Position numbers and translations under genes: made by a program. This document shows positions 1-11,464 of a DNA stretch of 64,000 bases, piece after piece. The DNA comes from Lama glama. Taxonomy: Eukaryota. The DNA lies in contig CM052823.1 of NCBI GenBank assembly GCA_028534125.1, forward strand, positions 12,028,001 through 12,092,000, read 5' to 3'. Under the pieces are notes generated by a model. The model did not search any database and was not told where the DNA came from. It was given only the letters and a program-made list of their open reading frames with translations. How positions within the stretch are numbered: position 1 is the stretch's first letter; each line of letters starts with the position of its first letter.

Positions 1-330
1 ATTTAGCTAACTGATCCCTTTATGACAGATGTGGAGTTCTTTCCAGTTTTCCTCTGTTATAAACAAGGCTGAAATAATCCTTTGCATGCATCTTTTTGCA
101 TGATTGTGTATTTCCAGACAATGAATGCATGCAGAGAGGACTGCAGAGTCAAAGCTGATGTGCATTTTAAACTTACTAGATATTGGTACCCATCCCTCCC
201 AAAAGGATGGGACCCACCAAACTCTCATCAGTTCAGCGAGAGTGCCTTTCTTTACATCTTTACCCACTGGGTTTTTTTAACAGATCTTTTAAATCCTGGC
301 ACTAAAATATTTTTAAAGCAACAGTGTTAT
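1..330 (-). mobile_element. Old L1M (L1ME-like) 3' fragment
   Basis: Degenerate L1 3'-UTR phrases (ttccagttttcctctgttataaacaaggctg, ggtacccatccctcccaaaagg). Confidence 0.5.
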
Positions 331-3300
331 CATTCGGTACAATTTAAGGTCATTTTTAAATGTGTGTTCTCTCTTCCATCAGAGTACAAAGAATTTAAAG
401 GTATGGTGGTTACATTTTAGATAGGCATTTCTTAAAATGTTTTCATCTGGGGTTTATGCCTTTAGGTTTTTGGAAATCTGAAACTAAAGTTTAGTCTCTG
501 CCCCAAATTTTCCCCCAGGGTTTCCTGTTGGAGCTGGCTTGTTTCCTGGACCCTGGCCACGGGTTTGCTGAAGCTGGATGCGTTGGCCTTTTCAGGGCTC
601 CGTAAGGGGAAATACCTGATTTCCAAGGCCCCACATCTTAATGGGGGTCAGGGCTGAGGAAGCTTCTTGAAGCTGATTTTTCAGCTAAGCTCCCCATCAA
701 AATGGGCTTCCCCAGCAGGCTTTAGAACACACATTTCCTAACCCAGATGGCCTCGCCAGCCTGGACACCTGGCTGGGGAGAAGGAGCCGGCACCTCCTGT
801 GTCCACATTAGTGCTGCTCCCATGACGGCACTGACGTCTCAGCCGTGCTCCTTTCTGCCCTCCCTGAGGAGGGCCGGGGAGATGGGGGTGGGCTGGCCCA
901 GGGCTCTTTTCCACAGCAGCTCCATTCAGGCCTTGGTTATGCCAACGGTGGATAAATTAGCCTTCCTTGGAAGGTCACTGCTCTAGGATGCCCCCCTTTT
1001 TAAAGCCAAATTAGGAAGAGGCAAGATCATCTCTAGGGAAAAATAGTTCAGTGGCCTCCTTCTTCTGGGTGCCTTCAGTCTGATTTTCTGCCTTTCTCTC
1101 TCTCTGCTCCTTAAGACATACCCTGAAAACACACCATTATTCCTCTTGGGGACACGTGGAGCCCTGTTTTCTCTCCAGCCTGTTCAAGGGAATGACCTTG
1201 GTATCAGTCATTTACATGTTAGTATGAATGTGGGATTTTAAACATGGTAATGGGAGGTGAGGAAGAGCTTCAGGTATGCTTTAAGGTGTGGCTCCTTCTT
1301 ACTCTGAAATCATTCTATGAAAATGATCCTGTCCTGAGTGTCAAGTGGATTCAGAGCTATTTAGACGAGGCAGAAGGTGGAAGAATAGTGTTGTCCTCGG
1401 AAATGGGAATGATTTTGGTAACTCGATGGTCACCTCCCCACCTCATGCTTGAGTGATGACTTCCAAAAATATACTTTATATTTTTTAGAAGCTCTTTTAA
1501 TTTAAACTGTATAATATACGCACACAAGCCTTCAAGATTTTTCACATGGGTCGTGAGTGGATACACTCAGAAATAAAAAAGTGAGTTTGAAGTGTTAAGA
1601 CGGGCAGGCAGGGCTGATGAAGATTTAACTTGTGAGACTGTCACCCTCAAGCTACCATAATTCTCCAGAACGAACGCAGAGACGTGACAGCATCCCTTAC
1701 ATCCAGCCTGTTCCCAGGCAGACGTCTGCACGGTGACATGTTACTGACAGGTAACACGAAGAACTGGGAACCTAACCATCCACAGGCCGGCCCACGGAAA
1801 GCCTTTTTAAATTATAACGTGGTCCGGAAGCTCCATTTCCAGAACTTTCTGCCCACAGGCAGTATGTGGTGGCCGGTGGTCTTTTTTTAGGGTTAGGGTT
1901 CTGGTTGGAGGAATCATATTTCCTGACAACTAGGCAGAATATTCAGAGCATCATGTTACCAGATGGTCTTTACCTTACCTGGTCACCAGGGATGCCCCCC
2001 AGGGCTGGGCTGATGGCAGAGATCTGGCTGACTCTCCTGGTGCCTCTATGGATGTCATCAGCATCCTGGCATCAGTAGCAAAATGATGGGCAGTGAAAGT
2101 CTGTGTCTGCTTTGAGGTGTTCAGTCAACACTGGCATTTCTCTCTTGTTCTCTTGGCCTTTGCTGTTAGCTTGAGATAGAATCCTGGGCTCTTCACTCAA
2201 AGAGACCTTAGAATTCATCCTATCTGCCCCACCGATTGCAAATTGGAAAACTGAGACATCCTTCTTTAAACCTATGGTGGGAGGATGTTGCCTCCAGGCC
2301 ATGCAATGTCCCACAGATACCAGAGGAGGAAAAGCTAGCCCTGGGGGACTTCTCTGGCAGGCTCCATGTTCCAGATTCATTTAACAGGCGAGCCTGGAAA
2401 GTTATTTCTGTCAGAGGCACAGGGAGCAAAGTTTTAAGAAGAAAAATAGAGAATATTTGTTTTCTCAGCTAGAAAGGACTTTGGAGAAGAGCTGTTCCTG
2501 CCCCTCATTGTTAGAAAAAGACACTGAAGTCCAGAGTGGTTCCAAGGCTCCTCCAAGGCGACAGAGCTCTAAGGCAGACTTAGTAATGCAAGGTAGGGTA
2601 GGGCTCCAGGGAATTGCTGAAATTTCAACAAAGGGTGATCGCCAAGACCTGGAGGAAAAAGGAGGGAAGGGAAGCCCGCCAGAGGGGTCCGCGGGCTCTG
2701 AGGCCTGGGAGAAGGTGTAGATGACAGCTGTGGGCCACAGGGAAGCTCTGCGGGTCTGCACCTCAGTGGGTGGATACGAAAAGGGACAATTACTGATAAT
2801 GTTCTTGGCCCGGCCTGCCCCTCCATGAAGCAGTGGTATTAGGAGTTCAGTAAAATAATGCATCCTGCAGAACACAGTTCATGAAGTCCTGGTCTGGAAA
2901 CACTTCTAGGAAGGCTGGGAGAATGTGAAGACCTCGTGACATGGACTAGAGCTGGGTCTGTCCAGGAGCTCCCCTGGGTGGGTGCGGTCACAGGCAGCTG
3001 TCTTACAGCACTTCCTTCCCTGCCATCCCTGGGGACTCCTCTGCCCCGGGTGGCTTCAGAGCAGTTGCCCATACAGGGTAGACGATAGAGTGGATGGGGA
3101 CCATTGGCCCCACCCCCAGGCAATAAGCAGACCCTGTCATCAAGGCAGCAGTGTCGGTGGCTTAGGAACAAGGGGATATGGCCAGTGTGCCTCTAGTGAT
3201 GGGGCTGCCCTCTTGCTGGTCTTCTGCTGTGTTGGACCACCAGCTTCCCCCCTATGGCCTATTACCCTTAACTCAACAAATCTGATGTTTAAGCCAACTG

Positions 3301-4139
3301 GATTTCTTTAGGGGACCAGTTTTCTGGCTCTCCCCATGAGCCCACCTCCCCAGGAGGCCTCCTGATGGCCAACTCCCTTTCAGCTGCTGGAGGAGGAGAA
3401 GTCCTTGGGCAAGACTGTCAAACCCCCACGGTGAGCTGGCTGAATTGTGTGCATATGGGGTTATGAATCTGGCAAAGCCACGGCTCCCAAAGAGAATGCA
3501 AAATGCCCTAGAAGTTGGCCTCCTGCCCCCGCAAACGTGGTAATTCCAAATGTCACCTTGGCATTTCCTTCTCAAATAAATTCTGTCTTGTTCATATCAC
3601 AGGAAACCTGGAAACATGGACTGTGAAACTTCTGTGTTTATTTCTCAGTCCTCTGATTGACTTGCTGTGTGACATGCTGAACTATTATATTTCTTTCATG
3701 GATTAATGTGATTGTGGACGTTGAGATTTTTATCTGCTGAGTCCTGGAGGCCTGTGGTTTTTTATTTTTTGAGTCAAAGAAAAGAATTTGGACTAACATA
3801 TTATGAGTGTGTGTGTGTGCGTGTGTTTATAGGAAAAATACGCAAGGTAAAAAGTAGCTAATGTTGATTGATTGTGAAGAGCCATATGGATTTTTTTTTT
3901 TTAAATCACAGATGATCCAAAGGTTAGGAGATGACAATGTTGCCATCATAAACTAAGACGTGAGGAAGACTGGGGTAGAAGAGCTGTATTCGGTTGTTAA
4001 GTCAAGAAAGCTGAAGTCATCAACAAAGGAATACATTGAATTTATAGAGCTTCTTTGCCGCTCGGAACACATGAAAAATGTTTATGTTCTGGTTCTTTGC
4101 AAAGTTCTTGTGAAACACACAAGGGAGATGCAAAGGGAA

Positions 4140-4240
4140 AAATACCCATTTTGAAGATGGAGAAATGAAGACACAGAGGCTAACACTGATGTAGTAATTC
4201 TGGGACAAAGGTGGGATTTGAATCCAGAGTTTCTTTTGTA
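4140..4240 (-). mobile_element. MIR SINE fragment
   Basis: cccattttgaagatggagaaatgaagacacagagg ... gggatttgaatccag core. Confidence 0.55.
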
Positions 4241-5259
4241 GACGGAGAATATAAATACTTTTTCATCTTTTGCTCTGTCTGAAAAGGCCTCGGAGAGGAG
4301 GTAGTGATTCCCCTGGGCAGGCAGCTCTCAGCATCCTGGGGAGAGAGAAGGGAGGAGACTGGGAGAGAGGACGGGGCGGGAGAGTCAAGCTCATCATCTC
4401 GTCACAGCCCGAGCGCCTCGGAGCCCAGCGTGGCGGGTGTCCGGCCAGAGCGCGCGCGTAGACCTTGGAGCCTCTTCATTGCCGAGGTGCTAGTTTCCGA
4501 ATGCACACTGGCCCCGTGGAGAACGTGGGCTTGGGGCTTTCTGAATCAGGATTCATTCACACAGCTCTGTTTTCATGTTCACAAACGACCTCCTTGACCC
4601 ACAGGGGAAAAAATTCCGTTAAAACACTCTTTATAGAGTGTTTTATTCATTTGGCATTTCTTTTGCTGACTTTAGATCAGAAAGAACAGAACTTTTTCTA
4701 AGAGACAAATATTAGAAGTCTGTTTCTGAGGTTAGCAGTGTATCTTTAATGCATGCGTGTAATCAGAAAGACATCTAGAAACCACTGTGGACGCTGACTT
4801 TTAGCTGCAGATATTTATAGACAAGATCAGGCAAAACATACGAGCTAGGTGCCAGAGACACGGATTGGGTGTGGGTTCACCGTTTCTATGGAAAGATTGG
4901 GTTTTCCGTGCCGTGTCCCAGGACGCCTCCTGTGTTCCTGGGGACATGGGGACTATTTCCTAGCATAGTGTCTGTTTGGACGGTAGGGAGGTGATAATTT
5001 TCCTTGTAGTGATATTAGGGACCATGCGGTGTTCTTCAACAGAGAGGATGTTGGAGGGAGGCTGGTGAAAGTTCAGAAAGATACTCTATACCGTGTGGGG
5101 TTGCAGGATATTGAATGAACTTCAAGTCCAGTCCTCAACTCCTAATGAAAATACCTACTGAGGGATTCTCCAGTTTCCCCTCAACTCACACACTCACTCT
5201 GTGGAGAAGATTATGCCTTTCACGCCTGTATTTCACTGATGAGGATATACATTAGGACT

Positions 5260-5820
5260 GACTTTCTGGAGAGCGGTTTGGTGGCAGGGATCCAGGGCCT
5301 TACCCTATGAATACTCTGACCCTGCGTCTACGCTTTTAGGAATTCACCGTCAGGACGTAGAGCTTTGTATGTGATGTCTGAATAAGGCTGTTCCTCTGGC
5401 CTGGTTCACGGTAGCAGGTAACCTAAGTGTCCAACAGAACAAGGTGGCTCAGACGTTGGTTCTCGCACACAATGTCACACAGGTACTCACTCCACAACCA
5501 CCCACTGAGGGCTGACTGTGTGCCAGGCGCACAGAAGGCACGATGTCAAGGCTGATGTGGTCCCAGCCCACCCGAAACTCAAACTTCTGTACTAGAGACA
5601 CTTCATACATTGCGACCTGGGAAAAGGGAGGGTACAAAGTGTACGTACAGCAGGGTCTCATTTTCGTTGCGTGAATAGAAACACCCTGGAAGACAGTCTG
5701 AATCCACAGAGGCGCGGAAGCCTGTGTGTGGACAATGAGGTCCTATACGTGGTTTTCCTCCCTTTTAATTTTTCTCTAGTTTCCAAGTTTTTCACAGTGA
5801 CCATTATGACTTTTTAAGTG
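5260..5820 (+). mobile_element. Old L1ME-like fragment
   Basis: actttctggagagcggtttgg...gaccctgc...ttttaggaatt...aacctaagtgtccaaca pattern typical of old L1 3' ends. Confidence 0.5.
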
Positions 5821-5877
5821 TGGCTTTGAGGAGAGAGAGGAAAAGAAGTGAGCGGACCTGGGTTCTCGACCCAACTC

Positions 5878-6000
5878 TTTTTTTTTTTTTTAATTTCAGG
5901 TTTTGTTTGTTCGTTTTTATTGGAGGTACTGGGGATTGAACCCAGGACCTTGTGCCTGCTAAGCATGCCTTCTACCACTGCTGAGCTACACCCTCCCCCC
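5878..6000 (-). mobile_element. Camelid-type tRNA-derived SINE (Vic-1-like)
   Basis: Minus strand reads GGGGGGAGGGTGTAGCTCAGCAGTGGTAGA...GGTTCAATCCCCAGTACCTCCA plus an A-rich tail; Pol III A and B boxes visible. Confidence 0.85.
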
Positions 6001-6389
6001 TCAACTGAGAACCCTCCTGAATGTCCTCTGAATGGTTCAGGGAGTGGCCTGTCAGGCCTCCAGCTCAGGGTGTGTTGATCTCATGCTGTGTCTCTTCTGA
6101 GGACACTAGGGGATTTGGCTGCAGGGCTGGCGGGCCCAGGGCTCTCCCGGGAGGCGGGACAGCAGCCAGACAGCTGAAGCCTCCATGCTGGGGCACTGTT
6201 GGTCTCGGGGCTCTGGTCCTCTAGGAGTCTGGTGCCGTACTCAAATGGGGAGAAGAGTTTCTGTATCAGCCATGTGATAATTAAATTAAGGAAGTGCTTC
6301 TCACTCGGTGAATAAAAACAAACTGCAGTTGACTTGTATTAACTCAGCCAGATGTCACTGCACCCCAAGAAAACAAGGGCGGCAGCTTC

Positions 6390-6630
6390 CATTGATAGAA
6401 CCTTGCCCAGTGCCAGTTACGATGTAAAAAGCATTTTGCAGACACAGTCCGAATTGAGGCTCATGATACACCCTGCAGTAGGGACTCACCACCCGCATTT
6501 TACAGGTGGGGGACCTTGAGCTCAGAAGGCAGGTAACCCGGGCAGGTCACTCCGGTAGAAGATGCTGGGATTCAAACCCCAGTCCATTGGCTCTGATGCA
6601 ACATTTTTAACCTCTGCTCTGTACTGCCTC
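6390..6630 (-). mobile_element. MIR SINE
   Basis: cattttacaggtggggga...gctcagaagg...ggtcac...gctgggattcaaacccca core. Confidence 0.65.
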
Positions 6631-6690
6631 CCACTCCAAGAAGCAAGCTCTACTATAACCATAAAAACTGATGTCTAAAGTCAAGGGAAT

Positions 6691-6713
6691 GTGTGTGTGT
6701 GTGTGTGTGTGTG
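6691..6713. repeat. (TG)n microsatellite
   Basis: Direct reading. Confidence 0.95.
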
Positions 6714-7169
6714 GGATATAGTAATCCATGAGGTGGCAGAACACTGGGGACCAGGGGATGCAGAGGCTTATTTCTAGTGAAACTTGGCGCAGAGGAAGCT
6801 ACTCTGCTCTGCCTTTTCTAGGGGGCTGTAAATGAGGCAACTGGGGTCTGAGTGAAAGAAAGAGAGAGAGAAATAACCACCCTTATGGCCACAATAATAA
6901 CCTTTTCTCCTGCTTGTGATGTGAAAGCAAGGCCAGCCATTGCACCTTCTATACACCTATACCTCCCAAAAGGGAGATAACTTACGCCCAGACCTGACCT
7001 TCGTTGTTGACTTTTTTCCTTGAAATACTTTCCTTGCTGGGTTCTAGCTTTGCCTATTCAGTAGGTGTTAAAAGATTATGAGACCCATAGGAGATACCAG
7101 GGACACACAGGGGGGAAAATCTAACTTTCTTCTCCCCATCACAAGAATGTTCCAATGTGATAGCTTCTA

Positions 7170-7800
7170 CAAGTGACCTTTGAACAACATGAATTTGAAC
7201 TACGCGGGGCCACTTAACACGCAGATTGCTTTCAGTAGTGGATACCACAGCACTCTATGATCTGTGTGCCAACAAAAAATTAATCAGCTGATCTAAGAAA
7301 GAAATGGAAAAATTTTATTTGAACAAAATTTGAGGATTGTAACCCGGGAGGAGGAACATCTCAGAAAACTCTTGAGAACTGCTCCGCCGGTTAGAAATCA
7401 AGGCACAGTTTTATAAGTTTTTTGAGCCAGAGGGCTGTCCATCAAATGATGTATTATTGACAGTTTACATAATCCAGACCTAAGTGTCATCCTGGTGGGT
7501 CATGTGACCTCTTACAAGATCCAGAAGGAATGTTATCTTTTAAGGAGTTGCCGTGTTGATGCTCGGAGAATGTTGCTCCTTATTGTTGAGCAGGTATCCC
7601 TGCCGATGGGGGAGGTGTGGCCGATACACAGTGCACAGTGAGGGGGGGGAGGGGGCCAAAGGGCAGGGAAGAATTTTTATGTTTAACTTTTTTTTCGTCT
7701 TGCCAGAAAATACGAATTTTATTTCACATATGGTTGGTCGACTCCATGGATGCAGAGGAATGGCGAGTAGGGAGGAGCCACCTCTAAGTTATATGCAGAA
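7170..7800 (+). mobile_element. Tigger2a-like TcMar-Tigger DNA element, interrupted by an LTR
   Basis: Starts ta-caagtgacctttgaacaacatgaatttgaactacgcggggccactta; resumes after the LTR with gttggtcgactccatggatgcagagg...agttatatgcaga. Confidence 0.7.
7267..7728 (-). mobile_element. Solo endogenous retrovirus LTR (ERV1-like, ~462 bp)
   Basis: TG...CA termini; 4-bp degenerate TSD (tgtg 7263-7266 / tatg 7729-7732); on the minus strand a TATA-like TATAAAA (~7410) and AATAAA (~7314-7319) about 50 nt from the 3' end. Confidence 0.75.
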
Positions 7801-8087
7801 AACAGCCAGTTCCTCCTGTTGTGCATTCAAAATGCACATGTTGGGTTTTTAGCTAATTATTTGTCATGCATTTGCCACCCATGACTAATCCTATTTTATG
7901 AATGAAATGGAAGCAGGGAGGTGAAAATACTTGCATGACCTCTCAAAGCTGAGCCTTTGAGAGAAACAGCACTTGAACTCAAGTTTCCTTTCGCCAAGTC
8001 ACTCGGCCACTGTTCCATTTCAACCGTGAGTCACTGGCCATCAGGAACTGCTGTCAATGTCCTGGTGGCTTTTGTCATCTTCTCTTC

Positions 8088-8292
8088 TTTTCTCTAAAGG
8101 GCAAGATAGTAAATATTGTAGGCTTTGCAGACTCTACAATTTCTGTTGCGACCACTCCACTCTGCCCCTGCAGCAGGAAAGCAGCCGTAGGTGATACAGA
8201 AACAAATGGCTGGGGCTTTGTTCCAGTAACATTTTATTTACTAAAACAGGCAGCAGACTGGATTGGCCGGCAGGCTGTAATTTGCTATAGAA
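8088..8292. mobile_element. MER58A (hAT-Charlie) DNA element
   Basis: taaagggcaagatagtaaatattgtaggctttgcag...gttccagtaacattttatttactaaaacaggcagcag...ctgtaatttgct follows the MER58A consensus as recalled. Confidence 0.85.
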
Positions 8293-9359
8293 GGTCCCTT
8301 CCTCTCTGTTGTTAGTCATGAGAAATTTTCAGTTTGAACACTGAGCGGGCTCTGAAGTTGTCTGCAGGCTGATGTGTAATTCACATCCATGGCTGGGGAG
8401 ATGGGCTGGTCAGGAAAAAAACTGGGAAGTGTATGTTCAAGTAATAGACTGTGTACCGAACAAGCGGAAGACGGCCAGGCATCCCATGATTATGGGCGTT
8501 GGTCTCAAGGCAGCCACATGGGGGAGACTCTGGAGAATTTGGGCACAGGAATCCTTGAACTAACCAGCTTTGGGGGTGTCCTCTGCTAAGGAGGGTTATC
8601 ATTGCATCGTCTGCCTGCACAGCCAGAATGTTCCATTCTGCCCAGTGTCGGCACCTACAATCCATGGGCTGTCCCATTTCTTACATCCAAATGTGGGCCC
8701 CAAGAAAAGGCAAAATGATGACAAATGGGTGGCAATGAGTGCCCTGTTCACATCATCATCCACAGCAACAAGCAGTTTTTTATTGGTGGCAGAGGGCTGG
8801 GAAGGATGTGATCCCTCTGCAGCCAGGTGTTGGTGCCTCGTAGGGAAGTGTGACTAGACATAGCTGATGGAACAGGTGGGTTTGAAAAAAAAATGGCTTA
8901 AAAATTAGCTGCCCATGTGTTCGCCTTACCCCTGAGACTCCCGCCTAGGAATGTGCATTCTGCAAGGGCAGTGCCCTCCACACCAGGCTGGAAATTGGAC
9001 AGTTTAGTCATTAAGGTTAGGGCAAGGTTATTTCAGTTCTGCTGATCTGAGAGGAAGTGCTGTTTGTCTGTCTTTCAGCAGAGACAGCCAAGGATCCGGG
9101 ACTAAGAATAGAAGAATTTTTCAGCAGTCTTTGGAGAGTTGCAGAAAATATTGGGAAATCCTAATTAATTCCAGGAAAGCATCTCAGTGGTTTCTTGATA
9201 GCTTAAACTATAAAGGAAGAAAAGAAGAAAAGGTTTAATCGTTCTGCTTGAGAAAAAATGTACTGGTATTAGGCAAAGCTAATGTAAATAATGAGCAAAT
9301 AATTCTTAACTTGGCTCTTAACTCTTGTTCTATTATAATTCTCTTTATATTTTACATAA

Positions 9360-9530
9360 TGATGATAAACAGTTGTGGAGCATTTACCCTGTGCCTTCCT
9401 GTAGGTACTTTACAAATGCCCACTTACTTGTTCTTCCTAGCAGCCCGAGGAGGGAGGTGGTGTTATAGTCCCATTTTACAGGTGAGAGCATTAAGGCACC
9501 AAGAAATCAGATGACTTGGCCATGCCCTCA
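9360..9530 (-). mobile_element. MIR SINE
   Basis: tgttatagtcccattttacaggtgagagcattaaggcac...tgacttggcca. Confidence 0.65.
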
Positions 9531-11254
9531 AGTTTGGCAAGGGCTGCATGGCCTGTGCCCATCCTGCCATCCCGCCTCTCGCCTTTTAAACGGATGCCGT
9601 GGCCGTCAAAAGTATGAGTGTATTCCTTTCTAATGGATCTAGTGCTTTCTAGAACAGATCCTTCAGTCCCCCATTCCATCCCTTACTTGGCAAAGATTTC
9701 TAACGCTTACTGTCTGCTGGGTTGGACTCTTGTCTTCCTGGCTTGCTTGCACGTAATGATTGTGGGTCGTTACAGCAGCGCTGGGTGAGGTGAAGGAGCG
9801 CTCCTGCTCTGTGACGTCACCTCCACAGACCAACCTCAGCCCAGAGCAGCAGGCCTGTTTCCCAAGGGCGTACCAGTTAGCAAAGCTCACAGGACAGGTG
9901 TGACAAATCAGAAAGCCTGTGTATTCATTTACAGCGAGAAATACCCCTGCCTAGAAGGGGTTAGGGGAGCTTGCAAATTGGGAAGGGCAGGGCTGGATGA
10001 TCTGAATGATTTGAATGGGTGCCACTGGAAAAATCAATTGCTCACAGCCCCCCGTGTAACTGGATGCCACTGTTGCTAAGATCCCAGCCTCAAGGCCAAG
10101 GTTAATGCTGCCCGTGCACTGGGCCGGTCTTAGAAAAAGGTCTCACCTTTGTAGAATCTGTAAGGGCTTTCAGTTCCCTGACCCCCCACCCCTACGTCCA
10201 CTCCTCCCTCCCAGTCAGGAGGACACTGAGTTCTTTAGATATGCTGACACAGCCCATCCAGCAGGCTGGGAACTGGGAGGTCTCTCTCTCTGGGACTTTG
10301 TATACCTGTACACCCATCTAGCAGGACAGTCTTTTTTGCTCAAGCTGGTGGGGGGTGTAGGACTGAGTGGAGACCCTGAGGGTGACTCAGAGCACTGGAA
10401 ACAACCAGTGACACTGAGTTAATGGCAAAGTCAATGGCCTAGCCTCCTTCCACAGGGTCCCTGGGCTCCACTACGTACTTCTCTGAGAAGGTCAGTCACA
10501 TATCACCTTGCATTCTCGTCGTTTTTAACATAAAAAGAGTGGAACCCAGAAATAGCAGGTCCAGTTCTGTGTGCAGGGAGGACGGTTTGCAGAGGGTTCA
10601 GGTGGTTGGGGAAGAGGCCTCAGAGGAGGAACTGGAGGATGCAGTTGCTGTTCCGCACTGAGAGGGGAGGGATGGCCCAGGCAGGGGTGAGACCCTGGGC
10701 AGGGGGCCTGATTTGGGAGCAAGAAGAGCTGGAGCTTCGGCCAGGCTCTCACACGTCATTCAAGGCTGTCTTCTCTGCAGTCGGACCAGGGTCCAGTCCT
10801 CTCCCGGTGCGCTCCTCCCTAAAGTGGTCATCCGTCAGATTCAGCCTTCACCCAGGCTCGGACACCTGGACCCACTCTCCCCGTATCTGTCTTGCTGCAG
10901 CTTCATCAGTACCACGCGAACCATAAATAACATCAAAGGAAAGGGCTGGTCTCTGACCAAGAGGCTGGGGCTAAAGGTGACCCACTGCAGGGACCCACTG
11001 TTGCCCATGGACAAAGGTTGAACGCTCAGCTCTGCAGTGAACTGAAACAGGGCTCTCTCTGCTCCGTGGGTGTGAGATGCTCCCTTCTCCTCAAGCCCTC
11101 CCAGGAAGCTGCTGCAGCAGCCAGAGGCCAGGAAGGTACACCTCCATCAGAGGAGGGGTGGCCCCTTCCTTTCTTGCCTTGTGGGGGTGGGTGGGCAGGC
11201 CGAGAAGCGGAGCTGGTGAGGCAGGATGGCGCCCTGGCTCGGGGCCCATCGGAT

Positions 11255-11440
11255 CAGACTGCTGGGTTAACGCTCAGCTCCGCCACCTCTTAGCCGAGTA
11301 ACCTTAGGCAGGTCATTTCAACCTGCTTGGAGCACAGACCCCTCATCTGTAAAATGAGGATAATAGTACCTGCCTCAGAGAGCTGTTGGCCAAGAGGAGA
11401 GAGTCCATGAAATGCTATGAGCCTGACATGTGCCACATCC
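11255..11440 (+). mobile_element. MIR SINE
   Basis: cagactgctgggtt...cagctccgccacctcttagccgagtaaccttaggcaggtcatttcaacct...cctcatctgtaaaatgaggataatagtacctgcctca. Confidence 0.8.
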
Positions 11441-11464
11441 ACGTGGGGTGGATGCGGGCTGTGT

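Noticed and set aside
5920-6000. tRNA-like sequence (also 11541-11620)
   Set aside because: Has A/B boxes but also an AT-rich tail (and a TSD at the second copy) and no intact cloverleaf, so these are SINEs, not tRNA genes.
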